Counted from the stretch's first letter, positions 8,368 through 18,789 are shown. The stretch: 32,000 nt of DNA from Wolbachia endosymbiont of Drosophila innubila (GCF_021378375.1 NZ_CP076228.1:1140001-1172000); one strand, 5' to 3'. Numbers and translations: made by a program. The notes: a model not told the origin generated them from the sequence alone.

Positions 8368-10152
8368 ATGGTCAACGACAAGATTACTTTGAACTTTGAA
8401 ATAGAAAAAGGCGAACCTATAGATCGATACTACTTTTCTGCACATATAAAGCTTACAGATGAAAGCAAAAATCTTTTGCGCGAGAAGCTTGGCAGTACAA
8501 TTCAATTCGATAATCTAGATGATCACTTCAATCTTAACCATGAGAATTTTTATATCTACTACAATAAATATAGTGAGCACAATGGCAGAAGTGAGCTACA
8601 CGTTAGGGATGATAACGGTAAATATTTAACCTCCAATCTTCCACTTAATTACTATGGATTCTCAATGGAACTATCACCTGACGGAGCGTCAATTGCAGAT
8701 TATGGTTTTTATCCTCTGTATGCAATCTATAACCCAAATCACTATGATAAAGCAAAGGAAAAAGTATTTGATGATCACGGTGAATTGTCACCAATTGCAT
8801 CAAATGTGTTAGATAATTTTTTAAGCAACACAAATAGCTTAACCACACAAGATATATTACAAAATGTATTCTCACAACTGCAGAAGAAAGCTGATGAAGA
8901 AGCAGAAAGATTGGCAAGAGAGAGAGAAGCAGAAAGACAAAGGGAGGAAGAGTTAAATGAAAAGAACGAGGAGTTAAAAGAACTTGTAGAAAAGGATGAG
9001 ATTAAAATATTCAAAGTGGTAAAAGGTAATGATTTAGGTAATGGGCATTCAGCAGTAGTTTTACAACTTGATGGGGAAGAAGGTGACAAGATACCTCTCG
9101 ACTCTAGTAAATACTACATAGCAGAGTATAGACACCACCCAGAATGGGAAGGCGATGAATATTTAAATTTTGTTAGCCCTGATAGTGATATGCTGGTTAA
9201 TTATGAAAACTTATTTTTTGTGCTCAATCAAAGCTCCTACTCAGACTTTGAAAGTGGGTTTTATTCAGAAAACAGAACCGATCCCCATAATTATGCTAAA
9301 TATTCAAAGGAACCATATTTGAGTGGTGACCAGCTATCTGAAAAATTATCTAATGAATTGGAGGAAGATAGCAATCAGATAGGTACTGAATTTACAATTG
9401 ATGATGAGCAAGTAGACGAAGAAGTTGTGGTAGAGAGTGAAGCCAAGTCTGGGGAGAAAGGAACGGTTGGTGAGGATAACGCAAAAAATACTATACAGGA
9501 AGAAGAATCTAACTATATAGATCAAATGCAAGCGGATGATAGCAGCAGTTATAAACCAGCTTTGCAAAGCAATCGTGATGATTATGCTGATACGAAAAAA
9601 GCTCTGCAGGAAAAATTGCATGGAGATGAAATACACAAGCAAAGTAATGAGAAAGCTCAAAAAGATATAGAAGTAAAAAAAGTAACTGTGGAAACTGACA
9701 GTAGCAGTAATAAGACTGAAAAACAAACAAAACCAACAGAAGATGAACAAGAAACTGTTATGGCAAGTGTGATAGAAAATATGGATAAAAATTCTGATAT
9801 TGAAGCAGAAACTTCTAACAGTGTTGCAAATTCACAACATCCCTTAAAAATAAAGACAGGAAGTCCTCTTGAAGTGGGAAAGTATAAGGTGGAGCTGCAA
9901 GTGACATATGATGATGTAAAGAATTTTTATGATACCGTACGTGGTAAATATCATGCTGGCGATGGATATAACTACGAACAAGTAATGGTTTTATATAATG
10001 AAATTGTTAGGCCCGCTCACAATCATCATTACGAGCTGTTTACTCTTGATGAAGCACATGTTGCTAATGATCACCTATTTATCAAGGGTCAGGATTTTGG
10101 AACTCTAAATGATTTTAATGAGATGTTCTATAAAAGTGATGAGTTAATGTGA
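8368..10152 (+). CDS. Hypothetical acidic protein with coiled-coil and disordered segments
   Basis: Long ORF with a GGAGG Shine-Dalgarno at 8358-8362 six nt before ATG 8368. It has an E/K/R-rich coil (ADEEAERLAREREAERQREEELNEKNEELKEL) and a D/E/S-rich central region. No family is recognised and there is no signal peptide. Confidence 0.75.
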   Translation: MVNDKITLNFEIEKGEPIDRYYFSAHIKLTDESKNLLREKLGSTIQFDNLDDHFNLNHENFYIYYNKYSEHNGRSELHVRDDNGKYLTSNLPLNYYGFSMELSPDGASIADYGFYPLYAIYNPNHYDKAKEKVFDDHGELSPIASNVLDNFLSNTNSLTTQDILQNVFSQLQKKADEEAERLAREREAERQREEELNEKNEELKELVEKDEIKIFKVVKGNDLGNGHSAVVLQLDGEEGDKIPLDSSKYYIAEYRHHPEWEGDEYLNFVSPDSDMLVNYENLFFVLNQSSYSDFESGFYSENRTDPHNYAKYSKEPYLSGDQLSEKLSNELEEDSNQIGTEFTIDDEQVDEEVVVESEAKSGEKGTVGEDNAKNTIQEEESNYIDQMQADDSSSYKPALQSNRDDYADTKKALQEKLHGDEIHKQSNEKAQKDIEVKKVTVETDSSSNKTEKQTKPTEDEQETVMASVIENMDKNSDIEAETSNSVANSQHPLKIKTGSPLEVGKYKVELQVTYDDVKNFYDTVRGKYHAGDGYNYEQVMVLYNEIVRPAHNHHYELFTLDEAHVANDHLFIKGQDFGTLNDFNEMFYKSDELM

Positions 10153-10224
10153 TGTAAAAAGCAAGATTCAATCTGGTGAACGAGAGTTAACTGACAGAGG
10201 AGATTGATACGTATGCCTTTATCT

Positions 10225-11079
10225 TTAAGATTGTTTATCAAGTATAGACATCAGCTCGCCCCATTCTCTTTTACCAATATTACTTTCTTCTCTAGTAACG
10301 TTTTCCCCTTTAATTAATTTGCGAATTATTTCTAGACCAGTTCTTGAAATACAGGCTGATTCTAGGCAATATTCAACAAAGGCATTGTAGGCCAGTGGAA
10401 CCCATTTTTTTATTATATCCAGCATAACTTCTGCATAAACTCTGATTTCATATTGGGCATGCTTATCAGCTCTAAGCTTCAAAAAATGAAGGAGATTATG
10501 CAGATCTATTTTCCAATAAAATTGCGTGTAGTAATTAAGCATTAGGTTAGTTCTGGCAATTTCTCTTGCAAGCCCCTGCTCAATAAATTTTTCATAATGA
10601 GAATATACTAAATTAGAGTCATTTATTAGAGAATCTATTATTTCCTTTGAGGTATCTGGATCAAAAGCTTCCCCGCTACCTTGTTTATTATTGTCAGATT
10701 GTTTTGCAACTTGTTCTGGTTTAGGTGTATAAAATTCATTATCAAGTATTGAATACCTTGCTGAATATTCATTCACATTTGCAGTTCTATGCCTTATCCA
10801 TTGCCTTGCAACAAAAATTGGAAGTTTCACGTGAAACTTAATTTCACACATTTCAAATGGAGTTGTATGATGATGTCTCATTAAATACTTTATAAGTGCT
10901 TCATCCTGACTTATCTGTTTTGTTCCCTTGCCATAAGAAACACGAGCAGCTTGAACTATAGCGCTATCAGAGCCCATATAATCCACTACTCGAATAAATC
11001 CATGGTCTAATACCTTATGTTCTTCATATAAGATTGCATCTATTTCTTTTACTATAGTTCGTTTGGTTGCTTCATTCAT
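10225..11079 (-). CDS. thyX: FAD-dependent thymidylate synthase
   Basis: ThyX signature [14 protein letters not shown] and overall ThyX-like sequence; 284 aa. Confidence 0.93.
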   Translation of the reverse strand: MNEATKRTIVKEIDAILYEEHKVLDHGFIRVVDYMGSDSAIVQAARVSYGKGTKQISQDEALIKYLMRHHHTTPFEMCEIKFHVKLPIFVARQWIRHRTANVNEYSARYSILDNEFYTPKPEQVAKQSDNNKQGSGEAFDPDTSKEIIDSLINDSNLVYSHYEKFIEQGLAREIARTNLMLNYYTQFYWKIDLHNLLHFLKLRADKHAQYEIRVYAEVMLDIIKKWVPLAYNAFVEYCLESACISRTGLEIIRKLIKGENVTREESNIGKREWGELMSILDKQS

Positions 11080-11088
11080 AAAATATCC

Positions 11089-12366
11089 TCAAGACGAAAT
11101 GGAGATATCAGCTCCACATGAATTGAGTTTTTCATGCATTGCTTCATATCCTCTCCATAAATGATGTGAATTGTTTATTATAGTTTCTCCACCGGCTACC
11201 AAAGAAGCAAGCACCAAAGCTGCTGTTGATCTTAAGTCAGTAGCATATAGATTAGCTCCAGATAAGCTTTTTATTCCACTTATAGTAGCTTTGCTTTTCT
11301 CGATGCTGATATTAGCACCTAACTTTCTCAATTCATCTGCATGTGTAAATCTGTTTTCAAAAATGTTCTCTTCAATTACTGATATCCCATCAGCGATGCA
11401 CATTGCAGACATCAGTTGTGGTTGCATATCACTGGGAAAATTGGGATATGGATCTGTCGCAACGTTAGCAGACTTAATAGAGCCATTTTTTCTGGAAATA
11501 ACAATGCCTCCATCATACAGTTCAACCATAGCTCCTATAGTCTCCAACTCATTTGTAATACACCTTATATCAGATAGATTTATTCCTTCCAACTCCAACT
11601 TACCACCGGTTATTATAGCAGCTAGTGCATAGGTGCCTGCTTCTATGCGATCTGGTATTATTTTATGAACACATCCATTTAGTGCTTCAACTCCTGTTAT
11701 TATGACCTTTGTATTATCAATTTCAATATCAGCACCCATTTTCTTCAGAAAATCTATTAAATCAAGAACTTCCGGCTCAGTTGCAGCATTGTTTATTGTT
11801 GTCACTCCTTCTGCAAATGTTGCTGCCATTATTACATTTTCTGTTGCGCCAACACTTATTTTCTCAAATGTGATTTCTTTTCCTTGTAGCTTTCCTTTCA
11901 CTGTTGCAATTATATTATAGCCGTCAATTTCAATTTTAGCTCCCATTTCTTCTAATGCTTTAATATGCATATCAACGGGACGCTTTCCAATGTTGCATCC
12001 ACCAGGAAATGCTGTTCTCGCTTTGCCAAATCTGCTAAGCATTGGACCCAATATTAGAAAAGAAGTTCTTAGCTTACTTGCGGTTTTATATGGCATCACG
12101 TGATTGTTGATATTGCTGCAGTCAATTTTCAAAGTATGGTTCGCTTTATAATTTTTATTGTGCATAAAGTTCACTTCTGCTCCAAGACTTTCAAGCAACT
12201 TAGACATTAGATGCACATCAATTAAATCAGGTACATTATGCAAAATTACCGAGGAGCTACTTAATAGACTTGCTGCCATTATTGGTAAAACAGCATTTTT
12301 TGAGCCATTAATCTTGATTTTTCCGACCAAAGGTTTGTAGTTATTTCTTATTAATATCTTGTGCAT
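11089..12366 (-). CDS. murA: UDP-N-acetylglucosamine 1-carboxyvinyltransferase
   Basis: 425 aa with GSKNAVLPIMAASLL and the active-site Cys loop FPGGCNIGKRPVDMH. Confidence 0.95.
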   Translation of the reverse strand: MHKILIRNNYKPLVGKIKINGSKNAVLPIMAASLLSSSSVILHNVPDLIDVHLMSKLLESLGAEVNFMHNKNYKANHTLKIDCSNINNHVMPYKTASKLRTSFLILGPMLSRFGKARTAFPGGCNIGKRPVDMHIKALEEMGAKIEIDGYNIIATVKGKLQGKEITFEKISVGATENVIMAATFAEGVTTINNAATEPEVLDLIDFLKKMGADIEIDNTKVIITGVEALNGCVHKIIPDRIEAGTYALAAIITGGKLELEGINLSDIRCITNELETIGAMVELYDGGIVISRKNGSIKSANVATDPYPNFPSDMQPQLMSAMCIADGISVIEENIFENRFTHADELRKLGANISIEKSKATISGIKSLSGANLYATDLRSTAALVLASLVAGGETIINNSHHLWRGYEAMHEKLNSCGADISISS

Positions 12367-12458
12367 TTAATTAGATATAAAGTATAATTCATTAGTTTAT
12401 TGAAGTCTTACTAAGTATAATAGATTGACCGTAAAAGGCAAAATTTGCTTTTTCTTCC

Positions 12459-12492
12459 TCATCATCCCAGTGTCATGCTACCTGCATGACAC
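12459..12492. repeat. Palindromic repeat core (solo)
   Basis: CATCATCCCAGTGTCATGCTACCTGCATGACACC lies in the murA/CPBP intergenic region and belongs to the same core family as 2161-2193. Confidence 0.7.
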
Positions 12493-12521
12493 CTGATGCG
12501 AATTGCCCCCGAAATTTTATA

Positions 12522-13361
12522 CTATGAATTACTCAAATGACGCTCTCGAGCTTTATCAAACCAAATAACACCAATTGCAACAATGAAATAACCAGCTGCT
12601 CCTAATGTAAGGCGAATTACTGCATCGAAAGTTGACAGAGGAGGAGACGGCATTAGAATGCTCAAAACACTATACACAAGATTATTTGTTGCATGAGCAA
12701 TAGTTACTGGCCAAATCGAGTTGTCTTTTTCAAACAACCAGGTAAACATTATAGACATTGCACAAATATAAAGGGTATAAGCACAAATAGTCGGGAATGT
12801 AAAGCCATCCTTCCACAAAGCTGAGCCAGCAACCACATAAGTTGGTATGTGCCATACTGACCAAATAATACCGACAATAATTGCTCTGATATAAAAATTT
12901 GATATTTTGCTTTTAAGATTTTTCAAAAGATAGCCACGCCAACCAATCTCTTCACCAAGAGACATAATGATCCACATCACAAAGGTTGATAATAAAACAA
13001 ATAACATCACTAATGGACTCAAAACTGCACTCAAATCCTTTACACGGTCTAACGTAAAAGACTCTCGGAAAAATGAAAAACCGCAATAAATTGACAAAAG
13101 ACCATTGGAAATTAGCATACTTACCAGAATAAGTATAAACCCTAATAGACAGTTTTTTGGCGAACTAAGTTTAAAAAGATCCCTTACCTTCTGTTTATTA
13201 TAAATGGTTAGCAAAATTGCAACTGAAGCCGGAACAAATGTTGTTAATAATGTTATGTCTTTGAAAGGTAAGCACCAAGCTATAATGCACGTCAAAAAAT
13301 ATGTAATTACAACAAATAATGTACAATTAATAGTGGTTAAATTCATGCATACGCCCATCAA
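12522..13361 (-). CDS. CPBP-family (CAAX-type) intramembrane metalloprotease
   Basis: Polytopic membrane protein with EEIGWRGYLL (motif 1), WSVWHIP and HATNN motifs. Confidence 0.7.
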   Translation of the reverse strand: MMGVCMNLTTINCTLFVVITYFLTCIIAWCLPFKDITLLTTFVPASVAILLTIYNKQKVRDLFKLSSPKNCLLGFILILVSMLISNGLLSIYCGFSFFRESFTLDRVKDLSAVLSPLVMLFVLLSTFVMWIIMSLGEEIGWRGYLLKNLKSKISNFYIRAIIVGIIWSVWHIPTYVVAGSALWKDGFTFPTICAYTLYICAMSIMFTWLFEKDNSIWPVTIAHATNNLVYSVLSILMPSPPLSTFDAVIRLTLGAAGYFIVAIGVIWFDKARERHLSNS

Positions 13362-13496
13362 TTCCTTTTCTGCATTATTGATCTTTATTCATAAATTGTC
13401 AATAAAATACTTCTTCAGGGATGAATAGAATATTTTTTCTTTTTGAATTGCTATTGATAGTTTAATTTTTATATGTATTCCCTTTCACAACCGTTT

Positions 13497-13594
13497 GTCA
13501 TCCCAGTGTCACGTGCTGGGATGACAGTAGGAGAGCTGCTTGCATGACAAGAGGAGGGTACTGGAATGACAAGAGGAAGACACTGGGGTGACAT
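13497..13594. repeat. Palindromic core followed by a 4 x 22-23 bp direct-repeat array
   Basis: GTCATCCCAGTGTCACGTGCTGGGATGAC is followed by the units ..CTGGGATGACAGTAGGAGAGC / TGCTTGCATGACAAGAGGAGGG / TACTGGAATGACAAGAGGAAGA / CACTGGGGTGACATC. The array ends 3 nt from the fabF stop. Confidence 0.8.
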
Positions 13595-13597
13595 CAA

Positions 13598-14869
13598 CTA
13601 AACTTGTCCAAATATGAGCGATGCATTAGTGCCACCAAAACCAAACGAATTAGAAAGTGCATATTGAATTTTATGCTCCTGAGCTTTAAACGGTACAAAA
13701 TTTAAATCACATCCTTCTGAAGGCTTGTGTAAATTTAAGGTTGGCGGAATAATTCCATTATTTAACGCAAGAATACTGAATATTGCTTCAACGCTCCCTG
13801 CAGCACCAAGTAAATGTCCTATAGAAGATTTAGTTGAAGAAACAGGTATTTTATAAACGTAGTCACCGAATAACTGTTTCATTGCTATTACTTCAATTTT
13901 ATCTCCAAGTGGCGTTGAAGTTCCATGTGCATTGATATACCCTACTTGATTGGGATTAATTTGTGCACTCTTTAAAGCAAGCTGCATTGCCTTAAATGCG
14001 CCTCTTCCTTCTGGATGTGGTGCTGTAATGTGGTGCGCATCTCCTGTGAGTCCGTACCCAACCAGTTCAGCATGTATTTTTGCCCCCCTTTTTTTCGCAT
14101 GTTCGTATTCCTCCAGCACCAATATACCTGCTCCTTCACCCATAACAAAACCATCGCGTTCTTCATCCCATGGCCTTGAAGCTTCTTCCGGTTTATCGTT
14201 AAATTTAGTTGATAACGCCTTCATAGATGCAAAACCTGCAATTCCAACTCTACACAGTGCACTTTCTGCTCCACCTGCAATCATAACATCCGCTTCACCA
14301 AGTTTTATAGTTCTTGCTGAGTTTATGATTGCATGCGCACCTGTTGCACATGCGGTTACTGCTGAATCGTTTGGACCTGTAAATTCGTATTTAATAGAAA
14401 TATGGCCAGATATCAAATTTATTAGACTTGCAGGGACAAAAAATGGACTGACACGTCTGGGCCCTTTTTCCTGCATGGTAATAACATTTTCCTGAATTGA
14501 CGGAAGACCACCTATACCAGAGCCAATAGTCACACCAACACGTTCCCGATTGATATTTTGGCTTTCCAAAATTAATGAATCATCTACTGCCTGAATAGCT
14601 GCTGCAATACCGTAATGGATAAAACGATCTGTCCTTTTTGAGTCTTTTTCAGAAATATAATCTAGTGGATTGAAATGGTGCTCAATGTTGTCTGATTGCA
14701 ACGGCACCTGCCCTGCAATTTTGCAAGCAAGATCAGAAGAGTCAAATCTATCCGTATTGATTGCTTTTATGCCAGACTCACTTTTTATTAGCCTTGACCA
14801 AGTGTTGTCAACATCTGCCGCTAGTGGAGTGATTAAACCAACACCAGTGACTACTACTCTTCTGCTCAT
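13598..14869 (-). CDS. fabF: 3-oxoacyl-ACP synthase II
   Basis: 423 aa KAS II with active-site Cys (AVTACATGAHAI), His motifs (INAHGTSTPLGD, SSTKSSIGHLLGAAG) and C-terminal NSFGFGGTNASL. Confidence 0.95.
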   Translation of the reverse strand: MSRRVVVTGVGLITPLAADVDNTWSRLIKSESGIKAINTDRFDSSDLACKIAGQVPLQSDNIEHHFNPLDYISEKDSKRTDRFIHYGIAAAIQAVDDSLILESQNINRERVGVTIGSGIGGLPSIQENVITMQEKGPRRVSPFFVPASLINLISGHISIKYEFTGPNDSAVTACATGAHAIINSARTIKLGEADVMIAGGAESALCRVGIAGFASMKALSTKFNDKPEEASRPWDEERDGFVMGEGAGILVLEEYEHAKKRGAKIHAELVGYGLTGDAHHITAPHPEGRGAFKAMQLALKSAQINPNQVGYINAHGTSTPLGDKIEVIAMKQLFGDYVYKIPVSSTKSSIGHLLGAAGSVEAIFSILALNNGIIPPTLNLHKPSEGCDLNFVPFKAQEHKIQYALSNSFGFGGTNASLIFGQV

Positions 14870-14882
14870 TTAACACTAACTA

Positions 14883-15155
14883 TTAGCCTTTTTTATTATT
14901 AATGTACTCAACTATTTGCTCCATAGTTTCCATTTTTTGTGCGTCTTCATCTGGAATTTCTATTCCAAACTCTTCTTCTGCTGCCATGATGATTTCAACT
15001 GCATCTAAGCTGTCTGTACCATGCTCCGAAAGCTTTGAAGAGCTGTTGAATTTCTCTACATCCTTACTAATATGCTCTAGTATAATCTTTTTCACTTTTT
15101 CTTCTATGTCTTCTCTAGTGCTCTTTGCTAGTTCGCTATTCACATTTCTTACCAA
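14883..15155 (-). CDS. acpP: Acyl carrier protein
   Basis: Phosphopantetheine attachment motif GTDSLDAVEIIMAAEEEFGIEIPDEDA; immediately upstream of fabF on the same strand. Confidence 0.9.
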   Translation of the reverse strand: MVRNVNSELAKSTREDIEEKVKKIILEHISKDVEKFNSSSKLSEHGTDSLDAVEIIMAAEEEFGIEIPDEDAQKMETMEQIVEYINNKKG

Positions 15156-15288
15156 AAAAATAACCTATTCTTTGATGTTATAAAAAATTTTTATGTTTGC
15201 AATATCTTTTATAACTGGTAAACTACAGTAAAGTTTTCTACTGCCTTAGTTGGCTAGCGTTACGCGCTAAACAATTAACAATTCAAAA

Positions 15289-16296
15289 ATGCTAGACGAA
15301 ACAACAAAAAATTTGCTTATTGTAGAAGTAAATAAGCTCTTACCCGAAAATAGCGAGAATAAGCTTATATCAGCTATGCGTTATATACTCCTTGCTCCTG
15401 CAAAACATATACGCTCCTTTTTAGTCGTAGCTTCATCGCGAGTGTTTAACGCGGAAGCTAAAAAAGTAATATCAGTTGCTGCAGCAATTGAATTTGTTCA
15501 TGCTTACTCTCTAATTCACGATGATTTACCGTGCATGGACAACAGTGATACTCGCAGAAGCCAGCTAAGCTGCCATAAAAAATTTGATGAAGCAACAGCA
15601 GTGCTTGCCGGAGATGCACTACTTACTCTGGCTTTTGAGGTATTATCTTCGTTAAATGAGAAACGCTGTGAGATCATAAAAGTTCTTTCTCAGGCAATAG
15701 GAATTAGGGGAATGGTGGGAGGACAGGCTTTAGATATTAACAGTGAGCATATAGATTTTAGCCCCCAACCCTCTGTCATTCAAGTAGCGGACACTGGGAT
15801 CCAGAAGGCTTTGCCTACAAGCATTTCGTGCAAAAAGCCATGCGATAGTGGAGCTGAACATGAAATGGATTCCAGTGTCAGCTACTTGCATGACACCCTT
15901 TCTACCTTAAAACTACAACATTCGTACGGCTGTATGTATGACGCTGGAATGACGTCGGGCCAAGCTGATAAAATAAAAGAAATTCATTTGATGAAAACCG
16001 CAAAACTATTTGCAGCTTCATGTGAAATAGGTGCTATAATAGGGGGTGCTACAGACAAGCAACGTAAAGCGTTATATAACTATGGAATAAATCTAGGGCT
16101 TATCTTTCAAGCTAAGGATGATATTGAAGACTACGAACAAGATAAAACAAATAATCTTATGTCTGTGCTTGGTAAAAGTGAAGTAGAGGACTATATAGAC
16201 GGCCTCTTTAAACAAGGCTTGGATAATTTGAGTGCGCTTTCAGGGGATACTAATTATTTATATGATTTATTGAATCAAGTAAAGAAAGATGGTTAG
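15289..16296 (+). CDS. ispA: Farnesyl diphosphate synthase (polyprenyl synthetase), carrying an in-frame repeat insertion
   Basis: First Asp-rich motif LIHDDLPCMDNSDTRR, GGQALD, KTAKLF and second motif FQAKDDIED. Confidence 0.85.
   Translation: MLDETTKNLLIVEVNKLLPENSENKLISAMRYILLAPAKHIRSFLVVASSRVFNAEAKKVISVAAAIEFVHAYSLIHDDLPCMDNSDTRRSQLSCHKKFDEATAVLAGDALLTLAFEVLSSLNEKRCEIIKVLSQAIGIRGMVGGQALDINSEHIDFSPQPSVIQVADTGIQKALPTSISCKKPCDSGAEHEMDSSVSYLHDTLSTLKLQHSYGCMYDAGMTSGQADKIKEIHLMKTAKLFAASCEIGAIIGGATDKQRKALYNYGINLGLIFQAKDDIEDYEQDKTNNLMSVLGKSEVEDYIDGLFKQGLDNLSALSGDTNYLYDLLNQVKKDG
15750..15962. repeat. Palindromic-element insertion translated within ispA (about 70 codons)
   Basis: Contains CTCTGTCATTCAAGTAGCGGACACTGGGATCCAG, GGATTCCAGTGTCAGCTACTTGCATGACACC, an acaacattcgtacgg module and GACGCTGGAATGACG. 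It lies between GGQALDINSEH and ADKIKEIHLMKT, which are about 13 residues apart in E. coli IspA (from memory). Boundaries are approximate. Confidence 0.75.
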
Positions 16297-17230
16297 AAAA
16301 ATTATATTACAAATGCTTATTTCCGTAGTAATGATTCTCACTTTAACTTCTGCTTTTGTGTTTACTATTGTCTATATAAACAAAGGTAAACCGGAAAAAA
16401 AGGACAAGCTTTATGAGATAAATGCCACGCATGGTGGTTTGATACAGACGATAGCACATTACCTAGTGAAGCCAATACTTGAATCAGCACTTGACCGCTA
16501 TATTGAAAAGCATGGGCTGACAGAATATTTAGAAGAAATAACGCAGCAAAAGGAAGAAGATTCAATAAATTTTTATGAAATTACTGAAGGCAGTGGCAGC
16601 AAGGCTTTTTGTGGCCTGGAAGTCCTATTGCAAATATATAAAATTTCTAATAATAACTCAGCAACACTCCCTAGCAAAGTTTCTGATGTTACTTTGAAAA
16701 TAGGTCAAGATGACCTAAAAGAAGTGAGTTTAGGGGTAATAGGTATGAAAGAAGGCGGAGAGCGTGTAGTTACTATTGCCAATGAGAACAAAATGAATTT
16801 TAATTCTTATTACGTCAAACTGATCGAAGTAAAGGATAAATATCCCGACTCAGTAAATAATCTGATGGTTTTTAATGACTTAATTAACAAGACTGGAAAA
16901 CAAGTAAGGTGCGGTGATGAGATATCGGTTAAATATAGCGTAAAGGAGCATAATGGGGAATATATAGTCAAAGATCAAACAGTGCAATTTAGGGTTGGCG
17001 ATAAAAAAATACCACTTGCTATAGAGCTTGGAGTTGTGGGAATGAGAGCTGGTAATAAAAGAACTATTCTTTCTCCGCCTGACCTTTTGACTATTACTGA
17101 CGATATGTTAATAAAAGACATAGATTATGATGAAGAAAATATCTCAATAATTGACTTAAGCTTAGATGTTAAGCAAGAGGTCGCAGCACACCATTCTACT
17201 GTTGAAAAACAGCCTAAAGAATATAGCTGA
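16289..17230 (+). CDS. Membrane-anchored protein with two degenerate FKBP-like (PPIase) domains
   Basis: N-terminal TM (ILQMLISVVMILTLTSAFVFTIVYI). FKBP-like strings occur twice: LKIGQDDLKEVSLGVIGMKEGGERVVTI and FRVGDKKIPLAIELGVVGMRAGNKRTIL. The ATG overlaps the ispA stop by 8 nt. Confidence 0.45.
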   Translation: MVRKIILQMLISVVMILTLTSAFVFTIVYINKGKPEKKDKLYEINATHGGLIQTIAHYLVKPILESALDRYIEKHGLTEYLEEITQQKEEDSINFYEITEGSGSKAFCGLEVLLQIYKISNNNSATLPSKVSDVTLKIGQDDLKEVSLGVIGMKEGGERVVTIANENKMNFNSYYVKLIEVKDKYPDSVNNLMVFNDLINKTGKQVRCGDEISVKYSVKEHNGEYIVKDQTVQFRVGDKKIPLAIELGVVGMRAGNKRTILSPPDLLTITDDMLIKDIDYDEENISIIDLSLDVKQEVAAHHSTVEKQPKEYS

Positions 17231-17298
17231 AATTTTAGGTCTACTGGCTAATCTTCTGAACACTCTCTATACTACTTAAAGTAGGCTTTTCGTTTTTC

Positions 17299-18789
17299 CT
17301 AAAGTATAAACTTAGATAAATCAAGCTGCTTCGAAATTGACTCAAGTTTATCTTTTACATACTTGCTGTCTATAATGAATTTTTCGCTATTTTTCTCAGA
17401 AGCAATGAAACTTATTTCATCTAAAAGCTTCTCCATGATAGTGTGAAGCCTTCTTGCGCCTATATTTTCCACTTGCCTATTAACTATAAACGCTATTTCA
17501 GCTATGGTTTTTATACCATCATCAGTGAACTCAAGTGTCACATTTTCTGTTTTCATTAAAGCTATGTACTGCTTTAACAAACTAGATTCTGGTTCCTTTA
17601 ATATTCTTATTAAATCCTCTTGAGTAAGTGCCTTAAGTTCTACCCTGATCGGTAATCTGCCCTGCAATTCCGGTAAGAGGTCAGATGGTTTAGACTGATG
17701 AAAAGCACCAGATGCAATAAATAATATATAGTCTGTTTTTACATGGCCATACTTAGTTGTAACAGTTGTTCCTTCAAGTAATGGTAACAGATCGCGTTGC
17801 ACTCCTTCTCTGTTTACTTCACCTTTTACTTCTGTACGCGCTGCAATTTTGTCTATTTCATCCAAAAATACTATACCGTCATTACTAACAAGATCAATGG
17901 CTTCTTTGATTATCTTATCTTCATCCATTAGCCTTTCACTTTCTTCATTAATTAATATTTCACGCGCTTCTTTTACCTTCACCGTAATAGTTTTTGTTTT
18001 TTTGCTCCCGTTAAACATCTTGCCCATTATTTCTGTTACATTCATCACACCAACTTGCCCACCTGGCATGCCTGGTATATCGAAAGTAGGTAACATACTC
18101 TTGCTCTCTCTGACGTTAATAGAAACTTCTCCGTCCTCAAACTCTTTATTCCTCAACCTTTCTCTAAAAATTTTTTTACTCTCTTCGGTTGCATTTTCGC
18201 CTACCATAGAGTTTACTATTGTTTTCTCAGCTAAAATTAAAGCCTTTTTAGCTAAGGCTTTACGGGCTTTCTCTTTAACTAAAACTATTGCTGCATCAAC
18301 TAAATCGCGTATTATCGAATCAACGTCACGTCCAACGTACCCTATTTCAGTAAACTTCGTTGCCTCAATTTTTATGAACGGTGCACCGGCAAGTTTTGCT
18401 AAGCGACGAGCTATTTCAGTTTTACCAACCCCTGTATGACCGATCATCAATATATTCTTAGGTATGATTTCATCACGCAATGGAAATGGAACCTGATTGC
18501 GACGCCAACGATTTCTGAGCGCAATAGCAACAGCACGCTTTGCATCATCCTGTCCGATTATGAATCTGTGCAATTCTTTAACTATCTTCTGTGGTGGCAG
18601 GTCATCTAACAAAACTTGAGTGCTGTCATTAACTTGAACATCGCTGTCATTTGAATCAAAACCACTCTTAGTATCTTTATAGAGGTTATCTTTTTCATCG
18701 TAGGTGTCACTACTACAAGACCGCCCTTCTGAAAGGGTTATGGGCTGATTGGAAAAATTGGTGCATAAAGTTTTTTGCTTGGAAGACAT
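17299..18789 (-). CDS. hslU: ATP-dependent protease ATPase subunit HslU (with Ser/Asp-rich N-terminal extension)
   Basis: [32 protein letters not shown], Walker [16 protein letters not shown], Walker [12 protein letters not shown] and C-terminal [16 protein letters not shown]. The ATG is 1 nt after the hslV stop. Confidence 0.93.
   Translation of the reverse strand: MSSKQKTLCTNFSNQPITLSEGRSCSSDTYDEKDNLYKDTKSGFDSNDSDVQVNDSTQVLLDDLPPQKIVKELHRFIIGQDDAKRAVAIALRNRWRRNQVPFPLRDEIIPKNILMIGHTGVGKTEIARRLAKLAGAPFIKIEATKFTEIGYVGRDVDSIIRDLVDAAIVLVKEKARKALAKKALILAEKTIVNSMVGENATEESKKIFRERLRNKEFEDGEVSINVRESKSMLPTFDIPGMPGGQVGVMNVTEIMGKMFNGSKKTKTITVKVKEAREILINEESERLMDEDKIIKEAIDLVSNDGIVFLDEIDKIAARTEVKGEVNREGVQRDLLPLLEGTTVTTKYGHVKTDYILFIASGAFHQSKPSDLLPELQGRLPIRVELKALTQEDLIRILKEPESSLLKQYIALMKTENVTLEFTDDGIKTIAEIAFIVNRQVENIGARRLHTIMEKLLDEISFIASEKNSEKFIIDSKYVKDKLESISKQLDLSKFIL

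Noticed and set aside
13497-13594. Possible CRISPR array (regular 22-23 bp repeats), also at 24977-25046
   Set aside because: The units are contiguous with no unique spacers, there are only 3-4 copies, no cas genes are nearby, and the arrays are part of the dispersed palindromic family.
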